Translations under genes and position numbers: made by a program
Source of the DNA: Bryobacterales bacterium
GTDB lineage: Bacteria; Acidobacteriota; Terriglobia; Bryobacterales; Bryobacteraceae
DNA: 32,608 nt
NCBI GenBank assembly: GCA_020853155.1
Contig: JADYZL010000400.1
Coordinates: 1 to 32,608 of the forward strand
Direction of reading: 5' to 3'
Notes under the pieces: generated by a model
Databases searched by the model: none
Told to the model about the DNA's origin: nothing
The model's input: only the letters and a program-made list of their open reading frames with translations
Shown: piece after piece, positions 16,223-23,000 of the stretch
How positions within the stretch are numbered: the stretch's first letter is position 1
Layout of the letters: each line of letters opens with the position of its first letter

Positions 16223-18100
16223 ATGGTCTACTTCATAGCAGTGGCGGGCGGCGTTCTGGTCGCATTGGCCCTCGATTTCGGGATTCTCGAACTTGCGTTC
16301 CTTGTTGCGCTCACTCTCTTCGCGCGCCGCGGCCTCGCGCGGGAGAGTCGCTTCCCCCTGGTCTGGTTGCGCCTGGTTCGCCGCATCGCGTGGCGGCCGG
16401 TCTGGGCCTATGGCTCGATCCTGCTGCTGGCCATCCTGCCGCGCGCCGTCTATCTCGCGGCTACCGGGCCTCCCGTGCCGTTCGTCACCGACGAGTTCAG
16501 CTACCGGCTCCTCGCGGACACCTTGGAATTAGGCCGCCTCACGAATCCCACGCATCCCCATTGGGAGTTCTTCGAAGCGATCCACGTGATTCCTAAGCCC
16601 ACCTACCAGTCTCAGTACTTGCCCGGTTCGGCGGTGTTCCTTTCCGTGGGGAAGATTCTGTTCGGCCATCATCACTTTGGGGTCTGGCTCTCGGCCGTGC
16701 TGCTCTTCGTCGCCCTGCTTTGGACGCTCCGCCAATGGATCTCTCCCGCCTGGGCGTGGTTAGCCACGGCGCTGGCCACCGTTCGTTTCGGGATTGGAAG
16801 CTACTGGGTGGATAGCTATTGGGGTGGCACGGTTCCGGCACTCGGGGGGACATTGCTGATCGGATCGGTCGCGGCTGCGCTCCTTGACCGTCGCGTTTCG
16901 CTCCGCGACGGCCTGCTGTTCGGGGCGGGCGCGGCGCTGCTGCTTGCGACAAGGCCATGGGAAGGCGTCGCCCTGGGTCTCGGGTGTTCCGGAGCGTTGC
17001 TCTGGGCGTTGTTCACGCAGAGACGGGAGTTGAGACGATTCTTTCTCGTATTCGCGGCGCCCGCAGCGGTGGTTCTGGCCTCCGCCGTCTTCCTGGTTCT
17101 CAGCTACACCACCGCCGTGACCGGAACCTTCGGCAAGATCCCCTATCAGGTGAATCGCGAAACCTACGGGTGGCCCATCACCCTCCCCTGGATGGCGCCT
17201 CGGGAAGTCGAGCTGCGGCAGCCGCAAATGCGGGCCTATCTCCGCTGGGAGGTGAGCGAGCACCAATCCGTCACTTCGCTGAAAGGGTTTCTGCTCGGAA
17301 CCCCTCACAAGCTCAGCATCATGTGGCGTTTCTTCCTTGGCCCCATGCTGATGGTCCTGCTCTGGGCCGCCGTTCGAGGCCGCAGTTCGCTGCGGCTCCG
17401 CAAGCTCTTTATCTGCGCGGCGCCCGCCTTCGTCGCGGTGGCGATAGAACAAACCTGGTATCCGCATTACGTGGCGCCCGCCTTCGCGGCGATCATCGCC
17501 GTCTGGGCGTTGGGCCTGCGCGAACTGGGCCGCCGCCGCTCTTCGAAAGACCGGAGCTTAACCGGCATGAGGCGCGCGGCATTTGCCGGCTGGTTCCTTG
17601 TGCTCGTGTTGCCTGCGCACCTGCTCTTGCTGAGCCTCAGCGGAGCAAGCCGTGCCGCGGAGTGGAGTTTCCAGCCAACGCTAAATGCGATCACCTGGTG
17701 CTGCAAGGTGGGTGGGAAACTGGACCGCTCGAAAGCTGAGCGGGAGATTCTTGACGCGGGGCGGCGCGAAGGTTTGCCCGGCGGAGGACGTCATCTCGTG
17801 TTCCTCAGTACTCCGGCGAGCCATCTCAATCCATCTCAATGGAACTACAACCAGGCCGCTATCGACGCTTCGCAAATCGTCTGGGCCGCCGACCTCGGGC
17901 CGCAAAAGAACGAGGAACTGCTCCACTACTACCCGGATCGAAAGCCGTGGCGCGTATACGGGGACATAAATGGCTATATCCTGCTGCCCTACGAGCAGCC
18001 GTTTCCCGATCTCCGGCCCCGCCTGGAACTGTTGGACGCCCAGTTCGGTAAGGCGGAGGGCGAGGAGGGGGAACGCGCCGGCCGCGCACCCGCTCCCTGA
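16223..18100 (+). CDS. polytopic membrane protein, probable GT-C fold (ArnT/PMT-like) glycosyltransferase
   Basis: ORF 16169..18100; the ATG at 16223 begins the first TM helix. More than 10 predicted TM segments and a DE motif in the first loop (PFVTDEFSYRLL), as in GT-C enzymes. Soluble C-terminal domain. The functional call is tentative. Confidence 0.55.
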   Translation: MVYFIAVAGGVLVALALDFGILELAFLVALTLFARRGLARESRFPLVWLRLVRRIAWRPVWAYGSILLLAILPRAVYLAATGPPVPFVTDEFSYRLLADTLELGRLTNPTHPHWEFFEAIHVIPKPTYQSQYLPGSAVFLSVGKILFGHHHFGVWLSAVLLFVALLWTLRQWISPAWAWLATALATVRFGIGSYWVDSYWGGTVPALGGTLLIGSVAAALLDRRVSLRDGLLFGAGAALLLATRPWEGVALGLGCSGALLWALFTQRRELRRFFLVFAAPAAVVLASAVFLVLSYTTAVTGTFGKIPYQVNRETYGWPITLPWMAPREVELRQPQMRAYLRWEVSEHQSVTSLKGFLLGTPHKLSIMWRFFLGPMLMVLLWAAVRGRSSLRLRKLFICAAPAFVAVAIEQTWYPHYVAPAFAAIIAVWALGLRELGRRRSSKDRSLTGMRRAAFAGWFLVLVLPAHLLLLSLSGASRAAEWSFQPTLNAITWCCKVGGKLDRSKAEREILDAGRREGLPGGGRHLVFLSTPASHLNPSQWNYNQAAIDASQIVWAADLGPQKNEELLHYYPDRKPWRVYGDINGYILLPYEQPFPDLRPRLELLDAQFGKAEGEEGERAGRAPAP

Positions 18101-18224
18101 TCGAACTGTTTCACATGAAGCGGAATTCCGCCTCGCCGCACCTTTTTCTGTCTATCCGCCCGGTTCGCTCAAAATTCAGAGAATCCGATCTTTAATTTCT
18201 ATGCGGATTCCGTTACGCTAGGGT

Positions 18225-18240
18225 TAGCACGCAAAATGCA
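18225..18240 (+). promoter_or_regulatory. weak sigma-54-like element upstream of the PFOR-like gene
   Basis: TAGCACGcaaaATGCA has correct spacing and shares GCACGCAAA with the perfect rnk promoter. However, the normally invariant -24 GG is AG. The predicted TSS near 18250 precedes the SD AAAGGAG and the ATG at 18267. Confidence 0.25.
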
Positions 18241-18266
18241 CCGAACGGTATGAAAAGGAGTGAATC

Positions 18267-21200
18267 ATGATCCGAACCGCCCCCTCCGGACAAGAAGTCA
18301 AGAACACTCAGATTCCGTTCCGCCGGTTTCCGGGCATCGCCTCCGTGGCGGACGGAGCCGGAGCCGCCGTTTGGGTGGAAAGCCACATCGCGCAGGCGGC
18401 TTCGAGCTATCCCGTGCATCCCGCCCGCGCCATGGCGGAAGCGTTTGAAGACCTGGTGGGGCGGGGAGTCCGCAATCTTTGGCAGCAGCCTCTCGAGACG
18501 CTCCGCGCCGAGTCCCCACAGGATGCCGCTTCCATCTGCGAAGGGTATGCGCTCACCGGTGGCCGCGCCGTGAGTTTTGCATCCGGCCAGGCCTTGCCCG
18601 CGATGAACGAAGCGCTCCGCACCATTGCCGGGAAACGGCTGCCGATGGTTTTTCATGCGGGGGCGCGCGCGTTGCAATCCCAGGCCCTCGCCACGCGAAC
18701 CGGACATGACGATATCTTCTCCGTCGACGATTGTGGCTGGGGCATCGTGTTTGCCCGCGACGCGCAGGAAGTTGCGGATCTTGCACTGATCTGCCGCCGG
18801 GCCGCCGAGTACGCAGAAACCCCGTTCTTCGTCGTGCAGGATGCTTACGCCACTACCCACCAGATCCAGGACGTGCTGCTGCCGGAGCCGGATCTGATGC
18901 GCTTGTTCGTGGGGGAGGCTGAAGAGAAGCTCCGCAACTACTTCAACCCCCGTCGCCCGGCCATGCTCAGCCCCGTGCAGGAGGAGGCTGACTATGCCGA
19001 GGCGCGCCTCGCGCAGCGTGGATTCCTCGGCCGTGCCGCCGCCGCCCTCCAGGCGTCGATTGACGAATACGCGCGTCTCACCGGGCGTCTGGTGGCGGGT
19101 GTGGAAGGCTACCTGCTCGACGATGCGGAGCACGTGCTGCTTGGCTGTGGCTCCATGATGGAGGATGCCCGCCGCGCGGTGGATGGCCTGCGCGCGAGAG
19201 GCGTCCTGGCCGGAGCCGTGACGATCCGCGCATTCCGCCCCTTTCCCGCCGAGGCCCTTCGCGGGATGCTGGCGAACGCGCTTACCGTGAGCGTGCTGGA
19301 ACGTACGGACATACCACTATCTCCCGCGAATCCCCTGACTCTCGCGGTATCGGCCGCGCTCGGGGTAAGTCCACTGGTTCCGTCCGCTCGCGGCTCTGGC
19401 CTCCGGCTCTTCACGAGAGCCGTGGGCATCGGCGCCACCCGCGTGCCGGAACGGGAGTTCGTCGATGCCGTCGAACATGCGATCGCCGCCGTCTTCCTTC
19501 CCTCGTCCGTCGTCCGGCCGGATGGGCTACCGCCCGCCTTTGCCGCATCCCCCGGGCATTACGTTACCTCCAAGCCCGGTGCGGCAGCGCCTGCCACCGG
19601 ACTCGCCCTCGTTCGGGCGGGAGGCAGCGGCGCGGCCAACGCAAACCGGTTGATTGCCGCAGTCTCGCGTGCGCTCTTCGGTTTGCGGATCGATGCAGAG
19701 GGCGACGCCGGTACGGAGAAGGTTGGCAAGCCCATCACGCTCCGGCTGGCCGCCGCGTCGAGCGGCCCGCGGCCCAGCGCGCGCGAAACCAAAGCCAAGC
19801 TTGTCGTGGTGGAATCCGCAGGCCTGCTCCATGCGGGGAACCCGGTCTCGCTGGTGATGGATGGGGGCGTGCTCTTCTGCCCCTTCGCCCGTTCGATTGA
19901 GGAACTCTGGCGCATCCTGCCCGCGAGCGGGAAGCGGGAGATTCAGGAACGCGCTATCCGCGTTTCCGGACTAGACCTTGCGCGTGTCTCCAACCCCGCC
20001 GCAGCCACCGATGCCGTGGGGACATGGGGAGACCTGGTCGCACTCGGCGCCTGGCTCCGCATCAGTTCCTTTTTCAAGGAAAGCAAACTCGCCGAGCAGG
20101 AAGTCTATCATCGCATGCTCGAATGTCTCGGGCGCCTCTACCCCCAGGCGAGCGATGCCGCCATTGACGCAAGCTACGATGTCGTGAAGAAGGCATACCT
20201 CTCCATGCTCCGCTTCACGGTTCCGGCGGAGAAAGTGGCGATCCCGGCGAGTACCGGCCTGCCTGTGATCGGCGCGCCGATGGCCACGGGAGCGAATGGT
20301 GTCGTGGCGTCCGCGGGGGCGGTCATCGAACTCGACGCAAACTTCTGCGAGCAGATTATCGGCGCCGGCGCTTGCCCCAACCGGTCCAACGCGGAAACGG
20401 CCGATGCCGCGGCGCGGGCCAGTGCGCTGCCCGCGACGGATCTCATTCGAAGCCTGCGCCACGATGCTCCGGAAATTCCGTTGATCGATATGGAGCGTTG
20501 CGTCGGCTGCATGGAATGCGTCGTCGTGTGCCCGGATGTCGCCATCGTCGGGCGCGTGGTGGAGCCGGAGGAAGTCACGCGCGCTCTTGGCGCGATCGAA
20601 GATACCGAACTGCGCGGCCTCATGGCCGGATCCTTCGGAAAGACACGGCGCTACTGGGAAGCTTTTCTGGAGCGCAAAGAGCGGGGCGGCATGCTGGCGC
20701 TATTCGTCGATCCCGATCGCTGCAAGGGCTGCGCCGAGTGCGTGGACGCTTGCGGGATGCATGACGCGATCGCGATGAAACCGAAATCCAGCCTCGACCT
20801 TGAATTGATTGACCGTGGGATGGAGCTTTTCCGAAGCCTTCCCGACACGCCGGAGCGATTCCTTTCCGAGCGCTCTCTCGGCGATATCCTGCTGAGCGAC
20901 CGCGCGCAGCTTGCCGCCGGCGGCTCTTCCAGTTGCTCCGGCTGCGGACAATCCACCGCGGTTCGTCTGCTGCTTGCCTCCACGGGCTTCCAATACGGGG
21001 CGGATCGCGTCGGCGTGGTTGCGGCTTCCGGCTGCGACAGTGTCTATGGCGCCGTCTTCCCCTACAATCCTTACAAGGTGCCGTGGACCAACACCCTCTC
21101 AAGCAACGCGCCTGCGGATGCCCTGGGCGTCCGCCGGAGTTGGGATCGCGAAGGCAATCAGGGCCGCAAGCTTTGGGTGCTCGGCAGCATGGAGAACTTC

Positions 21201-21854
21201 GGCGGCGCCGGCCTTTCGGCACTCACCGCGCTGCTGAGTTCGGGCGAGGATATCAACGTGCTGGTGCTCGATTCGCAGGTCTTCGCTTGCGAGAGCCGCC
21301 GCATTCACGGCGCGGCTTTCCACTCACTAGGCAACGGCGGCGTGGGCGCGCGCGAGGAACTGAGCCTTCAACCCACCACGGACCTGGCGCAGATCGCGAT
21401 GGCCTTCCCGAATGTGATGGTGGCCCAAACCACCGCCTCTCACCTCAACCATTTCCATCGCGCCATCCGCGCGGCCAACGAGTTCTCCGGCCCGGCCGTA
21501 GTGATCTGCTATGCGACGTGCATGGCGGAGGATGGCGTCTCCGAAGAAAAGGCGATGGCCCAGGCGAAGTTGGCGGTCGAGAGCCGCACCTTCCCGCTCC
21601 TGATGCTCGATCCCAGGGAAGGGAGCTACCTGCGGGAGCAATTGAGTCTTTCCGGCAACCCTGCGCTCCGGCAGGATTGGTATGCGCCGGGGACGGATGC
21701 CACGCCCCTCGATTTTATCGCCTTCGCCAGAACCGAGGAACGCTTCGCTCCCTACTTCGGCACGGGCCGGAATGCAGGCGCGGCGCTCGCGGCGGCGAAC
21801 GAGAATCGCCTCCAGAACTGGCGGCGGTTGCAGGAACTCGCGGGGCTCCGCTAA
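18267..21854 (+). CDS. pyruvate:ferredoxin oxidoreductase-like (single-chain 2-oxoacid:acceptor oxidoreductase family) protein, divergent
   Basis: 1195 aa. Domain I-like N-terminus (SSYPVHPARAM...FASGQALPAM...LPMVFHAGARAL). Two ferredoxin motifs, CVGCMECVVVCPDVAI and CKGCAECVDACG. PP-domain motifs SCSGCGQS, ASGCDS and ICYATC. Confidence 0.88.
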   Translation: MIRTAPSGQEVKNTQIPFRRFPGIASVADGAGAAVWVESHIAQAASSYPVHPARAMAEAFEDLVGRGVRNLWQQPLETLRAESPQDAASICEGYALTGGRAVSFASGQALPAMNEALRTIAGKRLPMVFHAGARALQSQALATRTGHDDIFSVDDCGWGIVFARDAQEVADLALICRRAAEYAETPFFVVQDAYATTHQIQDVLLPEPDLMRLFVGEAEEKLRNYFNPRRPAMLSPVQEEADYAEARLAQRGFLGRAAAALQASIDEYARLTGRLVAGVEGYLLDDAEHVLLGCGSMMEDARRAVDGLRARGVLAGAVTIRAFRPFPAEALRGMLANALTVSVLERTDIPLSPANPLTLAVSAALGVSPLVPSARGSGLRLFTRAVGIGATRVPEREFVDAVEHAIAAVFLPSSVVRPDGLPPAFAASPGHYVTSKPGAAAPATGLALVRAGGSGAANANRLIAAVSRALFGLRIDAEGDAGTEKVGKPITLRLAAASSGPRPSARETKAKLVVVESAGLLHAGNPVSLVMDGGVLFCPFARSIEELWRILPASGKREIQERAIRVSGLDLARVSNPAAATDAVGTWGDLVALGAWLRISSFFKESKLAEQEVYHRMLECLGRLYPQASDAAIDASYDVVKKAYLSMLRFTVPAEKVAIPASTGLPVIGAPMATGANGVVASAGAVIELDANFCEQIIGAGACPNRSNAETADAAARASALPATDLIRSLRHDAPEIPLIDMERCVGCMECVVVCPDVAIVGRVVEPEEVTRALGAIEDTELRGLMAGSFGKTRRYWEAFLERKERGGMLALFVDPDRCKGCAECVDACGMHDAIAMKPKSSLDLELIDRGMELFRSLPDTPERFLSERSLGDILLSDRAQLAAGGSSSCSGCGQSTAVRLLLASTGFQYGADRVGVVAASGCDSVYGAVFPYNPYKVPWTNTLSSNAPADALGVRRSWDREGNQGRKLWVLGSMENFGGAGLSALTALLSSGEDINVLVLDSQVFACESRRIHGAAFHSLGNGGVGAREELSLQPTTDLAQIAMAFPNVMVAQTTASHLNHFHRAIRAANEFSGPAVVICYATCMAEDGVSEEKAMAQAKLAVESRTFPLLMLDPREGSYLREQLSLSGNPALRQDWYAPGTDATPLDFIAFARTEERFAPYFGTGRNAGAALAAANENRLQNWRRLQELAGLR

Positions 21855-21913
21855 TCGGCAAGCGAATCGGCCGTGGTCCGGCCCTCCTGGGCCGGTCTCG
21901 GCAAATCCCAGAC

Positions 21914-21955
21914 GCGGGAAGGGCCTTGCCATCCGGATGGCAAGGCCCTTCCCGC
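21914..21955. terminator. 42-bp perfect palindrome between convergent genes (probable bidirectional terminator hairpin)
   Basis: GCGGGAAGGGCCTTGCCATCC|GGATGGCAAGGCCCTTCCCGC, with 21-nt arms and no mismatch. It sits between the PFOR-like stop (21854) and the USP stop (21972). It is preceded by a second hairpin CCGGCCC-tcct-GGGCCGG at 21878-21895. There is no U-tract on either side. Confidence 0.5.
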
Positions 21956-21971
21956 TCGATCTCGCGGCCGC

Positions 21972-22838
21972 TTAGACGCTCACCACCGGGCAGGGGCTTT
22001 CGCGGATGATCTCGTAGGCGTGCGCGCGCATCCGGCCAAAGATGCCGGAAGCGGTCCCACGCCCGATCACCAGCAGATCGGCCGCCTTGCTCCGCGCCAC
22101 CCCGCAGATCGCGTCCGCCGGGTCGCCGCCCTCTACCAGAACTTCCGGATTCCCCGGCTTCCCGGCGAGGAGCTTCTCGAGATCGGCGGTGACGAGTTGC
22201 TTCACTTCCACTTCCCAATCGCGCTCAAAATACTCGCCCGGGATCCGCTCCAGGTGCGGCACGACGTGAATCACCGTGAGGCGTGCGCCGATTTTCTGCG
22301 CCACATCCGTGGCCCAGACCGCTACCCGCTCGCTGGCGTCGCCAAGATCGATCGCGCAAAGAATGTGCCGGATCTCCCGCTGTTCGAGCGCTTGGGCCAT
22401 GTGCACGCCGGTCCAGACCGGTACGTCGGCGTCGTGCAGCACTTTCGCGGTGGTCGAGCCTAGAATGAATCGCCGGAAGCGCCCGTAGCCGTGCGTCGGC
22501 ATCAGGATGATGCTCGCGTTCATCTCGTGCGCCTTCTCGACGATGCGGGTGGCGGGATCTCCCTCGAGCAGCACGACCTCCAGATTCATGCCATTGAAGT
22601 ACTTGGCCGCGAAATCGCGTAGCTGATTCTCGGCCTGCTTCTTCCGTTCAACCACAAGATCGTGGAGCGCAACGCCGCTGAACTCCATGCTGGCGAATTC
22701 GTAGGGGACGTCTTCAAGCACATGCAGCAGGACGATGCGCGTCCTGGCCTTGTCGGCGAGATAGCGTGCATACTGCGCGCTCGCGCCGCATCGCTCCGAA
22801 AAGTTTACCGGCAAGAGAACCGATTCAAGGGAAAGCAT
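21972..22838 (-). CDS. tandem universal stress protein (UspA) domain protein
   Basis: ORF 21972..22859 (the codon at 22859 is TTG). The ATG at 22838 has GAAGGAGG 5 nt upstream. Usp motifs RIVLLHVLE...SIILMPTHGYGRFRRFILGSTTAKVLHDADVPVW and LTVIHVV...DLLVIGRG...ESPCPVVSV. Confidence 0.85.
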   Translation of the reverse strand: MLSLESVLLPVNFSERCGASAQYARYLADKARTRIVLLHVLEDVPYEFASMEFSGVALHDLVVERKKQAENQLRDFAAKYFNGMNLEVVLLEGDPATRIVEKAHEMNASIILMPTHGYGRFRRFILGSTTAKVLHDADVPVWTGVHMAQALEQREIRHILCAIDLGDASERVAVWATDVAQKIGARLTVIHVVPHLERIPGEYFERDWEVEVKQLVTADLEKLLAGKPGNPEVLVEGGDPADAICGVARSKAADLLVIGRGTASGIFGRMRAHAYEIIRESPCPVVSV

Positions 22839-22937
22839 GACGGCCTCCTTCGTCTGCAAGCTCTTTATATCTTTATCTTACGATAAAAAAAGCCTATGGA
22901 ACACATAAATAGGACTTAACGGCCCCGGATTCTCAAT

Positions 22938-22966
22938 AAAAAACCCGGCACGGCGAAGGGTGCCGG
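22938..22966 (-). terminator. rho-independent terminator after the EF-G paralog
   Basis: Minus-strand RNA: CCGGCAC-CCUUCGCC-GUGCCGG followed by G-UUUUUU-AUU. Arms lie at 22945-22951 and 22960-22966 and the A-run at 22938-22943 on the plus strand, ~35 nt past the stop at 23001. Confidence 0.7.
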
Positions 22967-23000
22967 CCGGGTTCTGAATTGCGCTCCGGGAGTCTTCCTG

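Noticed and set aside
16825-16840. TGGCACGgttcCGGCA, a 10/12 sigma-54-like match with correct GG/GC spacing
   Set aside because: It lies inside the GT-C-like coding sequence (codons for GGTVPAL) and has a poor -12 box (CGGCA). It is kept as a calibration point: 10/12 matches can arise by chance (my rough estimate is 2-3 per window on both strands). The 10/12 intergenic calls therefore rest on position and orientation, not score alone.
18120-18150. GCGGAATTCCGC followed 11 nt later by CCTTTTTCT, as a possible terminator of the GT-C-like gene
   Set aside because: The T-run is not adjacent to the stem and the stem is short once a loop is allowed. It could equally be a UAS for the downstream promoter, so it is left unresolved and discussed under findings.
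18213-22009. Long alternative-frame or antisense ORFs within the PFOR-like gene (18213-19133 minus, 20933-22009 plus, 20620-21222 minus, 21327-21932 minus)
   Set aside because: All are Arg/Gly/Pro-rich and motif-free. The 1195-aa plus-strand frame is collinear with PFOR over its whole length.
22860-22937. AT-rich spacer (CTTTATATCTTTATCTTACGATAAAAAAAGCC...) as a sigma-70 or sigma-54 promoter for the USP gene
   Set aside because: It is very likely the promoter region. However, I could not place a convincing -35/-10 pair or a GG-N10-GC element, so no specific site is claimed.
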